Origin: Rubeoparvulum massiliense
Lineage (GTDB): Bacteria; Bacillota; Bacilli; Rubeoparvulales; Rubeoparvulaceae
Direction of reading: 5' to 3'
Length of the DNA stretch: 32,000 nt
Assembly: GCF_001049895.1 (NCBI RefSeq)
Contig: NZ_CVPE01000006.1
Coordinates: forward strand, 1,154,836 to 1,186,835
Below, piece by piece: positions 8,113 through 17,489 of this stretch; the first letter of the stretch is position 1, and every line of letters starts with the position of its first letter. The notes beneath the pieces are model-generated. The model was not told where the DNA came from. It was given only the letters and a program-made list of their open reading frames with translations, and made no database searches. Both the position numbers and the translations under genes were made by a program.

Positions 8113-9306
8113 CTAACGTATTGCCATTTCCTTCTCTTCATAAAAACTATTATTATCCAGGACAAACACTTTTATATTTTTCTTTCTCCCATATTGCTTT
8201 GCTTCGTTTAATGTTTCCATATAAACATCCACTTTATTACCTTTAATGGCACCGCCACGATCAGCGGCAACAGCATAACCATATCCCTCAATGTAGAGAT
8301 GCGTTCCAAGGGGAATTACCGATGGATCAACTGCTACGATCCCTTTCCTTGTCTTTAAACCGATAGCTGTATAATCAGAAAGATTGGTTTCACTGCTGTT
8401 AAATGCAGTTGTCTCTACCACCATACTGCGATGATAGTAAACTTTGGTTCCATCAATTTCAACGGTCTTTAATGTTTCTAGCTTAGGATAAATAAGATGA
8501 AAAACCAACATAGCAGCTTCTGCTTTTGTCATCGGTTGATTGGGTAGCAATTGGTTGCTATTCCCATTGGTGAAGGAACGATGTATCCCATTAATCACCG
8601 CATAGGTCATATATTGCTCAGCAAGATTGCCTGTACCCCATTGGGGAATATCTTTACGATCGGTGAATTTAGATAAATACTCATCACGTTTCTTTTTATC
8701 AATTTTTCGAACATCTTCTCTTACGCCAACAGCACGTACTAGTCCTGCAATCCCATCTAGTCGGCTAAGCTTTTGGTCAGGGGCAAAGTATTCTTCTGTG
8801 ACACCGCCGAAGATCCCCATTTGGTAGGCTGTCTCTACGAAGTTTGCATACCATGAATCAGCCGTAATATCCTTGAATGCACCTAGATACTTGGTCTTTG
8901 TCACATCGATACCTTTAGCAACGATGATCATCTTACTAAATTCAGCACGAGTAACAGGTTGATCACCATGATAATAGAGAAGTTCATCTACCGTTTCGTA
9001 AGTTAGCGCATCCATTTCATAAAGTGCCTCAATCGCATCCCTTGCCCAATACTCTTCCGGAACATCAACAAAAATTGGTTTCTCTTCAATTTCTATGGAT
9101 TCAATTCCAGTTGTAGCGCTTTCAGGTGTAGAGACTGCTTGACCTTGATTAGATGGTGTTTCCACCATAATTGTTCTTTCTTTTTGAACTTCAACCGGAA
9201 CAGTCGCTTCATCCGCATGTATAGGCAGGGTCATAACGCTTGAAAAGATGCCAACAAGGCAAAGACCCTTACAGGTGTTATTTAAAATTTTCTGCCAGTT
9301 TCCCAT
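8113..9306 (-). CDS. Secreted cell-wall protein: three SLH domains + C-terminal 3D domain (YuiC/MltA-like fold)
   Basis: Signal peptide (LCLVGIFSSVMTLPIHA). Three SLH-like repeats (FVDVPEEYWARDAIEAL; FKDITADSWYANFVETAY; FTDRKDIPQWGTGNLAEQYMTYAV). C-terminal GIVAVDPSVIPLGTHLYIEGYGYAVAADRGGAIKGNKVDVYM is typical of the 3D domain. Confidence 0.75.
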   Translation of the reverse strand: MGNWQKILNNTCKGLCLVGIFSSVMTLPIHADEATVPVEVQKERTIMVETPSNQGQAVSTPESATTGIESIEIEEKPIFVDVPEEYWARDAIEALYEMDALTYETVDELLYYHGDQPVTRAEFSKMIIVAKGIDVTKTKYLGAFKDITADSWYANFVETAYQMGIFGGVTEEYFAPDQKLSRLDGIAGLVRAVGVREDVRKIDKKKRDEYLSKFTDRKDIPQWGTGNLAEQYMTYAVINGIHRSFTNGNSNQLLPNQPMTKAEAAMLVFHLIYPKLETLKTVEIDGTKVYYHRSMVVETTAFNSSETNLSDYTAIGLKTRKGIVAVDPSVIPLGTHLYIEGYGYAVAADRGGAIKGNKVDVYMETLNEAKQYGRKKNIKVFVLDNNSFYEEKEMAIR

Positions 9307-9449
9307 GCAACTACGCTCCTTTCTGTTGTCCTTTTTTAATTCTACATAATTTTATAAAATCCTGCATCCCCTAAAGTTTTTTTCTTCTAGTGGTTTTCAT
9401 GAGCATTCTGGCAATAATCTCCTATCTACATGGTTTACAGCCGCAAAGG

Positions 9450-9485
9450 GCAAAAATAAACAGCTACCCTTTGCAAGGATAGCTG
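9450..9485 (-). terminator. Intrinsic terminator downstream of the M24 peptidase gene
   Basis: Hairpin cagctaccctttgcaaggatagctg (9461-9485). On the minus strand it is followed by tttatttttg. Confidence 0.65.
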
Positions 9486-9519
9486 CTACTTATGCTCCAG
9501 TATCATACATGGAAATCGA

Positions 9520-10623
9520 TTACAACTCGATTAAATCCTTTGGGAATTGAGTCAATACCTGAGCTCCTGATTGCTGAACAACCACATCATCTTCAATCCG
9601 AACACCACCCCAGCCTGGAAGATAAATCCCCGGCTCAATGGTGAAGACCATCCCCTCCACAACAGGAGAATGATTCAACCCATGAACACTAGGATACTCA
9701 TGGGTTTCCATCCCTAGTCCATGACCTAAGCGATGGGTAAAGTAATCACCATAGCCTGCAGCGCGAATCGTCTCACGAGCGACACCATCCAGTGCAGCCA
9801 ATGTTGTACCTACGCGAACCGCTGCAATTGCCTGCTCCTCTGCCTGACGAACGATGTGATAAACCTGCTTCTGTTTCTCATTGGCTTTACCAATCATGAA
9901 GGTCCTTGTAATATCTGAGTTGTATCCATTAAGGCGTACACCCATATCAATCAGAAGAAATTGACCATCCTCAATGGGAGTAGAGCCTGGTATGCCATGA
10001 GGCAATGCAGCATTAGCTCCGACTAGTACCATGGTCGTAAAGGCCATGGCATCTGCACCCATTCCCTTTGCAAGGTAGTCAATTTCTGCTACCAACTGTC
10101 GTTCACTCATACCGCGAAGGACTCGTTTAATACCTGCTTCTAAAACCTGATCCACCAACTGTGCTGCTGCAGCTAGCTTCTTGATTTCATCTGCGGACTT
10201 AAGCAAACGCAATTGAGCAATACTTTCTGCTACATCTACATAGTGCAGCTGTTGATGGGCTTCTTCTAGCAACTGGCAACGGCTTAATGTAAGCACATCT
10301 TTCTCAACGCCAAGATTAAGTTCACCGGTTACGTTCTGAAACCACCCATGAATCGCCGCTAGCGGTCCTTCTGCATCCGTATATCCAACAATTTTTGCTG
10401 GTATCTGGCAGACCTGATGAGCATGCTCCACTTCAAGTGCTGGAACGATTAAATATAGCCCCTTCTTTTCATTGAGAAAAAGCCCCATAAAGCGCTCATG
10501 GGGATCACTATAGAATCCTGTAAAATAATATACATGCATTGGGTTAACAATGAGTACATCCTGACAATTTAGGCTCTTCAGCTTACTTAGAAGATCATGC
10601 AGTCGTTGTTCAAACATGTTCAA
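9520..10623 (-). CDS. M24-family Xaa-Pro dipeptidase/aminopeptidase
   Basis: Creatinase-like N-domain plus pita-bread metal ligand segments DMGVRLNGYNSDITRT, HRLGHGLGMETHE, FTIEPGIY and VRIEDDVVV. Confidence 0.85.
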   Translation of the reverse strand: MNMFEQRLHDLLSKLKSLNCQDVLIVNPMHVYYFTGFYSDPHERFMGLFLNEKKGLYLIVPALEVEHAHQVCQIPAKIVGYTDAEGPLAAIHGWFQNVTGELNLGVEKDVLTLSRCQLLEEAHQQLHYVDVAESIAQLRLLKSADEIKKLAAAAQLVDQVLEAGIKRVLRGMSERQLVAEIDYLAKGMGADAMAFTTMVLVGANAALPHGIPGSTPIEDGQFLLIDMGVRLNGYNSDITRTFMIGKANEKQKQVYHIVRQAEEQAIAAVRVGTTLAALDGVARETIRAAGYGDYFTHRLGHGLGMETHEYPSVHGLNHSPVVEGMVFTIEPGIYLPGWGGVRIEDDVVVQQSGAQVLTQFPKDLIEL

Positions 10624-10671
10624 TCTCCTTTACCCATTTTCATGCATTCTCTGTTTATCGTTTTTAGTATA

Positions 10672-11853
10672 TCACTTCTTACTTGCCATGAAAGGATAAA
10701 TAGACTGACATCTTATTGTTTCGACGAGCGAATTGGCGATCACTCCCGCATCCCCCCATGATTGCTTTGGACGTTTTTTTGCAATTCCCTGCTCTAGCCA
10801 ACCCACAATTTCCTGCTCCAATTCCTTGAGATGATAAGAAACCTGAATCTGCAATCTCTGTGATAAAAAGTGGCAATTCGCCTCCTCTTGACCTGGTAAA
10901 GGTTTGTAGATGAAAAAGGGGAGACCTTGTGCTAAAACCTCCGCTGATGTTAACCCGCCTGCTTTACTAACAACTGCATCAGCGATGGTCATGAGTTCAT
11001 TCATTTTATTAATATAAGCAAGTGGATGAATATGTGAGACCCCCATTTTTCGGACCTGAACCTGAATCCACTCATATAATCGATGATTGGTACCTGTGAC
11101 AAATAACCACTCAATTTGCTGGGAAAGGCGGATGGCAAGACGGAAAAGTTCTTCCAACATCTTCTCCCCATTTCCTCCTCCTATACATAAAATTGTAGGA
11201 GATGAGGGCTGCAGTCCATAATGTGCGCGAACAGCAGCCCGTTCATCATCAGACAATTCCCTACCATACTCTGGACAGATGGGGATGCCCATTACTTCAA
11301 TCTGACCGTGATACTCTCCATGCCTGTTTAATTTCTGTAACAACTGCTGACGTTGCCAAGGCGTAGGAACATAATAACTATCCACTTCTGGATAGACCCA
11401 ATAAGGATGAACCTGAAAATCCGTAAAAATTGCCGCAAGATGAAAATCATACTTTGCCTGCTGTTTTAGATAGGCTAAAGCACCCAAGGACATAGCATGT
11501 GTACAGCCGATTAATTGAGGCTGATGCTTTTGGATGACCGGTTCTAGCCTTAATGCAAGCCAGCGCGTCCAAACTCCCTCTTTTTCAAAAGACCGAAGAC
11601 GATTCCATCGATGAATCCAGTTCCAAACCTGTGGTGTCTGATTAATGATCATACGATAGGAATAAGAGATGAGATGGGCTAGAGCAGGAGCCACTTCTTC
11701 TAAGGCATAACATATGGGAACATGTAGGGAGTGCTGCTGTTGAATGGCAGCGGCAATATTTTCAGCAGCCTTAAGATGACCCCGACCGGCAATTCGCTCG
11801 GTTAATAACAGGATTCTGCCATCTGAATGATGTTCAAGCTTTTCCTTTAACAT
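10672..11853 (-). CDS. GT28 / MGDG-synthase-family glycosyltransferase (UgtP/YkoN-like)
   Basis: N-terminal RILLLTERIAGRGHLKAAENIA and C-terminal VSKAGGLTSAEVLAQGLPFFIYKPLPGQEEANCHFL match the MGDG-synthase / glycosyltransferase-28 pattern. It overlaps the upstream YkoP-like gene by 20 nt. Confidence 0.75.
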   Translation of the reverse strand: MLKEKLEHHSDGRILLLTERIAGRGHLKAAENIAAAIQQQHSLHVPICYALEEVAPALAHLISYSYRMIINQTPQVWNWIHRWNRLRSFEKEGVWTRWLALRLEPVIQKHQPQLIGCTHAMSLGALAYLKQQAKYDFHLAAIFTDFQVHPYWVYPEVDSYYVPTPWQRQQLLQKLNRHGEYHGQIEVMGIPICPEYGRELSDDERAAVRAHYGLQPSSPTILCIGGGNGEKMLEELFRLAIRLSQQIEWLFVTGTNHRLYEWIQVQVRKMGVSHIHPLAYINKMNELMTIADAVVSKAGGLTSAEVLAQGLPFFIYKPLPGQEEANCHFLSQRLQIQVSYHLKELEQEIVGWLEQGIAKKRPKQSWGDAGVIANSLVETIRCQSIYPFMASKK

Positions 11854-12418
11854 GAGTCATCCCTTCCTCTAGGTACCTCTCATAGAGCTCCATGCTCGGC
11901 ATAAACAAATACTTCATTGGGTGCTGTAGCTGTCCTTTTTGTCCAGGGACAGTATAAAAATGCATAAGATAGTATAAGAACGTCAACAGGTAATTCTTAT
12001 AACGGAAATAGATTGAATTAGGTACTTTGATACTGCGAAACCCCAGTTTATCGCTCGAACGAGTTAATTTCGTTGTCCCGAAGATGCCAATGATCTCCTC
12101 ATGTTTTGGATGAGTCGCAATAAATTGAGCCAAGCCTGGAAGGGATTGGCGAATAAGCCTGAGAACTCGAATAGCCACCTCCACTTCACTCCTTGCTTCC
12201 TGCAGCTCCCTTGCCAGATAGTAGTTGTGCAAATGAATCTTACAGATCCAATCACCGGAACGAATCATCTGATCATCTGCAAAGATAAGAGAACGACCAC
12301 GATAGCGTTTTATTACAACGCGAAAAATATTCTGATGCTTATCAATATAGGTGAGACGTGTACAAGCGTAGTAAAAGATATCGATGGTATACCAAATACT
12401 TAGTATTAATCGTTTCAT
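11834..12418 (-). CDS. YkoP-like protein (commonly paired with YkoN-type glycosyltransferase)
   Basis: LSIWYTIDIFYYACTRLTYIDKHQNIFRVVIKRYRGR...ICKIHLHN matches the YkoP-family pattern as I remember it. It is in an operon with the glycosyltransferase. Confidence 0.6.
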   Translation of the reverse strand: MKRLILSIWYTIDIFYYACTRLTYIDKHQNIFRVVIKRYRGRSLIFADDQMIRSGDWICKIHLHNYYLARELQEARSEVEVAIRVLRLIRQSLPGLAQFIATHPKHEEIIGIFGTTKLTRSSDKLGFRSIKVPNSIYFRYKNYLLTFLYYLMHFYTVPGQKGQLQHPMKYLFMPSMELYERYLEEGMTHVKGKA

Positions 12419-12555
12419 CCTGATTCCCTCTTTCGATGTTAACGATATACCGATCGTTAGTATGACCCTTTACACTGACCTTAACTCACTATACATGCTT
12501 TACATATTGTAATTTTAATACTATTGCTGTATGATTTAGGTTTAAGGAGCTGGTT

Positions 12556-13179
12556 ATGATGCAAATGAAAAAGGTTAAAAATGGTCTGCGGTTGGGCATC
12601 GATATTGATGGAACGATTACCGATCCCACAACATTTATTCCCTATCTCAATCGTGCTTTTCGCAAAAGACTTACCTTTGATCAGGTGACGGAGTATGATT
12701 TGGCACAGGTCTATGGCATCGATAAAGAGATTATGGATCGCTGGTTCAATCACAATGTAGCCACCATCTATGCCAATTCCCCTCTACTTCCAGAAGCCTA
12801 TCTGCGGTTGAAGGAATGGGAACCCTATCATCAGCTTATTTTCATTAGCGCACGAGATCAAAATCATGCTCCACTGACGAAACGATGGCTTCAACAACAT
12901 CAAATTCCATACGATGACTTAGAATGCATAGGAAGCCACAATAAGATTGAAACGGCAAAAGCACATCAAGTGGATATCTTTTTTGAAGATAAATATGACA
13001 ATGCCGTTGACCTTGCAGAAGCCTTAGATATCCCTGTTTTCCTCTTTGATACACCTTATAATCAAGGACCTCTTCCTAAGCAAGTACAACGCGTCTCTTC
13101 TTGGCATGATGTACAGTTGCCCATGACATTCAATCCACTCCTGCAAGGTCAACCGAAACTAAAAGGACATTCCATGTAG
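12556..13179 (+). CDS. HAD-superfamily 5'(3')-deoxyribonucleotidase-like phosphatase
   Basis: HAD motif I GIDIDGTIT, later FISAR and FFEDKYDNA segments. Size and pattern fit NT5C/YqfW-type nucleotidases. AAGGAG RBS upstream. Three closely spaced Met codons leave the start ambiguous by up to 9 nt. Confidence 0.6.
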   Translation: MMQMKKVKNGLRLGIDIDGTITDPTTFIPYLNRAFRKRLTFDQVTEYDLAQVYGIDKEIMDRWFNHNVATIYANSPLLPEAYLRLKEWEPYHQLIFISARDQNHAPLTKRWLQQHQIPYDDLECIGSHNKIETAKAHQVDIFFEDKYDNAVDLAEALDIPVFLFDTPYNQGPLPKQVQRVSSWHDVQLPMTFNPLLQGQPKLKGHSM

Positions 13180-13198
13180 GAATGTCCCTTATTTTTTA
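13165..13198 (+). terminator. Intrinsic terminator after the HAD phosphatase gene
   Basis: Stem ggacattcc (13165-13173) / ggaatgtcc (13179-13187), 5-nt loop containing the stop codon, followed by cttatttttt. Confidence 0.65.
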
Positions 13199-13414
13199 TT
13201 GACTTTCTTTTTTTCGGAAGGTTTCACAAAGCGTTCCGCGGTTATTCACAGCATGCCCCTTATCAAGGTTCTGCTGATCCATATCATTCGCAAATTCTGT
13301 CTTAAAATAGCTATTGGTATGATCATCAACCTTTACCATAATTGCATCCGCAGCACAATGATTCCCTTCTGCCCAGTAGTGACAGTTCGAAACACTACAT
13401 TTTACATCTGGCAT
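13196..13414 (-). CDS. DUF1540-domain small Cys-rich protein
   Basis: VKCSVSNCHYWAEGNHCAADAIMV is the typical DUF1540 Cys/His pattern. 72 aa. Confidence 0.7.
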   Translation of the reverse strand: MPDVKCSVSNCHYWAEGNHCAADAIMVKVDDHTNSYFKTEFANDMDQQNLDKGHAVNNRGTLCETFRKKESQ

Positions 13415-13461
13415 TTGCTCACCCCCTTATAGGGTAGCATTGACGAAAAAGGGGTAAAATA

Positions 13462-14097
13462 TTAATCGTTCAGCTGGAAGATCCCCTCTTCGACAGTGAA
13501 AGGTGTACCTGATTGAACAGGCTCAGTAAGTACCATGATCCCACGTTCTTGAGGTGCATCTGCAATGCCCAATTCCCGTGCAGAGCAAATCATCCCATGA
13601 GAAGGAACACCACGTAGCTTTGCTTTTTTGATCTTCATTCCATCTGGCATCACAGCACCTACTAGCGCCACTGCCACATATTGATCCTGCTCTACATTCG
13701 GTGCACCACAGACGATCTGTAGTGCTTCTTCTTCACCAACATCGACCTGACAAACATGGAGATGATCTGAATCAGGATGCTGCTCACATTGAAGCACATG
13801 ACCAATCACGAAGAAATGCTGATTCTCTTCTTCTAAGGTCCATTTAATCCCTGCTTCGCGGATCAATGCATTGGCCTTTTCTAATAATTGGCTTGTAACA
13901 GGGATATTCCCCTTTTGCTCCAATTGAAAATATTGACTGGCTTCAAAAATATTAAAGCCCACTGGATTTCCATTCTGTAATAGGCGAATCACTGCCACAT
14001 TATCCACACGTTTACATGTAACTTCATGGGGGAGGGCTTCCTCGAGGGAAACACATAATACATCGCCAATTCCGTCTGGATTATAAAAAAAATGCAT
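13462..14097 (-). CDS. ytpR: YtpR-like tRNA-binding-domain protein
   Basis: [15 protein letters not shown]-terminus (I prefer this internal Met; the tracked ORF begins at 14151). The C-terminal half [15 protein letters not shown]...IVCGAPNV...[20 protein letters not shown] is the CsaA/Trbp111-type tRNA-binding OB fold. Confidence 0.8.
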   Translation of the reverse strand: MHFFYNPDGIGDVLCVSLEEALPHEVTCKRVDNVAVIRLLQNGNPVGFNIFEASQYFQLEQKGNIPVTSQLLEKANALIREAGIKWTLEEENQHFFVIGHVLQCEQHPDSDHLHVCQVDVGEEEALQIVCGAPNVEQDQYVAVALVGAVMPDGMKIKKAKLRGVPSHGMICSARELGIADAPQERGIMVLTEPVQSGTPFTVEEGIFQLND

Positions 14098-14195
14098 ACC
14101 ATAAACCCCTTTCCGCTCCTGGTCTTTATTAACTTCATTATGGTAGCACACTCTTTGTAAAAGACCAAGTCCTGAATCAGAGGAGCATGGAAGGA

Positions 14196-14936
14196 TTAGA
14201 GGTTTACACCGCCATCTACAGAAAGCACAGCTCCATTCACATAACTGGCTTCCTCGCTAGCCAAATAGACAAAAGCATTGGCAATGTCTTCGACCTCCCC
14301 AAGTCGCTGGAGGGGAACACGTTCCTTCATCATGGTTAATACTTTCTCTGGCATCTTCTCTGTCATGGCTGTTCGTATGAAGCCTGGCGCAACGGCATTG
14401 GCCGTAATCCCCTTCCGGCCTAATTCCTTCGCCCAAGTCTTCGTCATTGCAATGACACCTGCCTTCGTAGCTGCATAATTCGTCTGCCCAAAGTTCCCAT
14501 ATAGGCCCACAACAGAAGAAGTACTAAGAATTCGTCCATATCCTTGTTCAATCATATGAGGAATGACCGCACGGGTACAAGCAAAGACCCCCGTCAAATT
14601 AATATCAATCACACGTTGCCACGCTTCATCACTCATCTTAGCTAAGGTAGCATCTGCTGTAATGCCTGCATTATTGATCAGAATATCAATGCGGCCATAA
14701 TGCTCATGCACCTGCGCAACCATCGTTTCAATCTCTTGAGTATGACGAACATCTGCAACAAAGAATTGCACATCTCCCGCAGTTTGGAGCTGCTGTAGAG
14801 CTGCTTCTCCCTCTTCCTGCCGAATATCGATGATGGCTACCTTGGCTCCTTCCTGTAAGAAACGGCGAGCTGTTGCAAATCCAATACCACTTGCTCCCCC
14901 TGTGATAATGGCGACACGATCTTGTAATCGCTTCAT
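14196..14936 (-). CDS. Classical short-chain dehydrogenase/reductase, FabG-like 3-oxoacyl-ACP reductase
   Basis: TGGASGIG cofactor motif, NNAG, and the catalytic YAATK (Y-x3-K). 246 aa. Confidence 0.8.
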   Translation of the reverse strand: MKRLQDRVAIITGGASGIGFATARRFLQEGAKVAIIDIRQEEGEAALQQLQTAGDVQFFVADVRHTQEIETMVAQVHEHYGRIDILINNAGITADATLAKMSDEAWQRVIDINLTGVFACTRAVIPHMIEQGYGRILSTSSVVGLYGNFGQTNYAATKAGVIAMTKTWAKELGRKGITANAVAPGFIRTAMTEKMPEKVLTMMKERVPLQRLGEVEDIANAFVYLASEEASYVNGAVLSVDGGVNL

Positions 14937-15054
14937 CTCCGATCTTCCTTTCTCACCATATGCTCATTTCCTTGCTCTTCACATTATTATAGAAAGGCAA
15001 GTTACATGGAGGTTACGTACATGGCCATGCTTGATGAAAGGCAGAGGAGAGAAG

Positions 15055-15084
15055 TTAAAAAACCGACGATTTATATCGCCGGTT
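15055..15084 (-). terminator. Intrinsic terminator downstream of ezrA-like gene
   Basis: Stem aaccgacga (15061-15069) / tcgccggtt (15076-15084), 8 of 9 pairs and a 6-nt loop. On the minus strand it is followed by ttttttaac. Confidence 0.7.
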
Positions 15085-15091
15085 TTCATCA

Positions 15092-17314
15092 TCAATCTGA
15101 TTCATATCGTTCAAGTATACGATTCACAAACTCAATGGCCTGATTAAACTCCGCCAGACGAAATGAGTTCTCTGCTTCCTTTAGTAAAGCCTCTGCTTCT
15201 GGATCATTACGATAACGATATGCGTACTGAATAACATTCTCTGCTTCCTCACACGCTGTGATTGTCTCAATACTTTTTTCTTCAACGAGATATACCTGCT
15301 TCTCCAATTCATCGAGCTGTTGTTGAACAGCCAGCACATCGAATGGTTCTTCTATGAGCTTTTCGTCCGCTTCATCGAGCATCAACCCTGCGATCTCTAA
15401 AGCACTCACAAGATCACCAGGAAGTGCTGGTAGGTTTGTACGCCGCAATTGATTTTCAAGCTTGATTAAACGGCGATACAACTGCTCCATTCTATCTAAG
15501 GATTCATCTTCACTTTGTTGGTAGTAATGGAGCTTGGCAACCCATTCTTCACATAGTTCCACCTGTTTTTGAAGTTCCTCTTCGATCGTTAGCAGCTCCT
15601 GGTAAAGGGAGTTATAGATCGGTGCCTTCCCCTTCATCTTCCCTTCGATCTGCACGATCTTCTCCTCCATCTCTTCTTGAATCTGAGGGAGATTCGCCAT
15701 CGCTTGGCTGGCAACCGCTTCATCATCTTGGAGACGGTAATGCTGCTTCACATCGAACAGGAGGTGCTCCACTTCCGTTTGCTTCTCTTGTAAAGTATGG
15801 ATAGATGAATGAATTCGTTGGAGGGCCTGACCCGTTCTTTCTTTGGCACTGACCTCCTCCTCCAGATGTTGAAACATCTTATCTAGCTGTTGCTTCAACT
15901 CTTGAACTTGGGGGATCATGTCCCGAATATTGCCTTCGTGAAATTGTGTCAGCATCAGTGCCCAATTTTTACGAACTTGTTCGATCTCTTCATAGAACCC
16001 TACTTCTCGTAACGCAAAACCATGCACTTCCATTTCATTGGCGAACTGCGTCAATTGATCCAGATCATTCGGGATGGTTACCTCCATCTCTTCAGAAATA
16101 TGTGGAATCAACGAGGTGAACGACTTTAGCTTTTCCACGATGGATTCGATTTCGTCAAGAATTGGGGTCGCTTCAGCCATCCTTTCTTCTTTCGCCAGCG
16201 TCTGTAGTTCCTCGCGTAGCTCATGCAGCTGTTTCCATTCTTCTTGAATGGAATCCATGACGAGCTTACCGTCATTCACATATACCAGTAATTCCTGTTG
16301 AATCTGTACTACAATCCGCTCTACTTCAATGGCACGATCCTGAACATTCTCCGTTTGATCAATCCAATCCTGCCAGTCCTCCACCATTTGTATGGCCTGC
16401 TGCTCAACTTGATCCATGAGCTGATCAGCATCCATCATCATCTGTTTGGCTCGAATAAAATGGAGATGACTGATCTCCTCTTCAATCTCAAATAGATTCA
16501 TCTCAAAATTAGGTAGATGCTCCTCAGCCATCTTCTTCCATGACTGTTTAATCTCTTGGATCCGCCTTTGTTGTTCAATGGATAATCCTGCTATCCCTGG
16601 AATGCCTGTATAGTTGGTTAATCTCTCCTCCAAATCTAGTTTGATCGTTGAAAGATCCTCCACCATTCTCAACATGCGGTGACGCATCCAATAAATATAT
16701 GCAAGGGCTAGGGCTGCCAAAATCGTCAGACCTAAGATTAATTTAAGCCAAAAGGGCATCCCTAAGACATTAGCATCCTCATTCTGTTCTGCTTTCTTAT
16801 CGACGATGGAAGACTCCAGCGTAGCCTGACGATGGCGTGCTGTGGTAATCTCACCATCGATCGAGTCAATAAAGGTACTAATACCTTCCAAATGCATATT
16901 ATGTTCTGCATTCGGTACAATTAACGTATTGATTTTTTGAGTGATCAGTTTTCCATCGATCCCCAACTCAATCAATGCTTTACCTGGCTTTGCCACGATC
17001 TCCCCTGTTTCCATGGCCATTACTAGTAATAGTCCGTCATCAGGGATCTTCAGTTCATCAAATAATTGATTGGTATATTCTTGTGTAGTCATGGAATCCG
17101 CCTTCGATAGAATCACAACTCGGAAGGCTGCAGCCTTACTTTGAATATTCTGAGTTAATGACTCAATCTGCTGACGGATAAAGTAGTTCTCTTCATCGAT
17201 GACAAGAGCATCTTTATCCTTTGGAAAACCAACAGCTCCTACCGTCAAGGTAAAGACCAGAGAGTATATGAGTATGAGAATCCATGTTCGTTTGATCGTT
17301 GCCGCTTCTGACAT
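15092..17314 (-). CDS. ezrA: EzrA-family septation-ring regulator with N-terminal signal/TM + TPM-like extracytoplasmic extension
   Basis: From the second TM helix (FWLKLILGLTILAALALAYIYW) onward the protein is long coiled coil. It is collinear with B. subtilis EzrA as I remember it: TNLPALPGDL vs SNIPGIPSHI, and IQYAYRYRNDPEAEALLKEAENSFRLAEF vs IQFGNRYRSQNHILSEQLKEAERRFYAFDY. I prefer the ATG at 17312-17314 (MSEAATIKR), preceded by AAAGGAGA, over the tracked start at 17356. Confidence 0.8.
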   Translation of the reverse strand: MSEAATIKRTWILILIYSLVFTLTVGAVGFPKDKDALVIDEENYFIRQQIESLTQNIQSKAAAFRVVILSKADSMTTQEYTNQLFDELKIPDDGLLLVMAMETGEIVAKPGKALIELGIDGKLITQKINTLIVPNAEHNMHLEGISTFIDSIDGEITTARHRQATLESSIVDKKAEQNEDANVLGMPFWLKLILGLTILAALALAYIYWMRHRMLRMVEDLSTIKLDLEERLTNYTGIPGIAGLSIEQQRRIQEIKQSWKKMAEEHLPNFEMNLFEIEEEISHLHFIRAKQMMMDADQLMDQVEQQAIQMVEDWQDWIDQTENVQDRAIEVERIVVQIQQELLVYVNDGKLVMDSIQEEWKQLHELREELQTLAKEERMAEATPILDEIESIVEKLKSFTSLIPHISEEMEVTIPNDLDQLTQFANEMEVHGFALREVGFYEEIEQVRKNWALMLTQFHEGNIRDMIPQVQELKQQLDKMFQHLEEEVSAKERTGQALQRIHSSIHTLQEKQTEVEHLLFDVKQHYRLQDDEAVASQAMANLPQIQEEMEEKIVQIEGKMKGKAPIYNSLYQELLTIEEELQKQVELCEEWVAKLHYYQQSEDESLDRMEQLYRRLIKLENQLRRTNLPALPGDLVSALEIAGLMLDEADEKLIEEPFDVLAVQQQLDELEKQVYLVEEKSIETITACEEAENVIQYAYRYRNDPEAEALLKEAENSFRLAEFNQAIEFVNRILERYESD

Positions 17315-17489
17315 CTTGACGTCTCCTTTTTCTTTCATCATCCATATCACGCACAAGAAACACTATCTCTATTATTTCATCATCTCCCTGCTATCTTCCT
17401 GCCTTCTTCGTCAAAATCTATGTATTCTATCACTTTTTCGACATTTTTACCTGATCTGAATTAAAGCAGATCAGGTTCAATTCCTTATC

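Noticed and set aside
17449-17476. Perfect 10-bp-stem hairpin acctgatctg/cagatcaggt just downstream of the TetR gene, considered as its terminator.
   Set aside because: On the minus strand it is followed by an A-run rather than a U-run (the T5 run is on the wrong side). It is not a canonical terminator for that gene. It could be a protein-binding palindrome in the ezrA upstream region, but I cannot support that.
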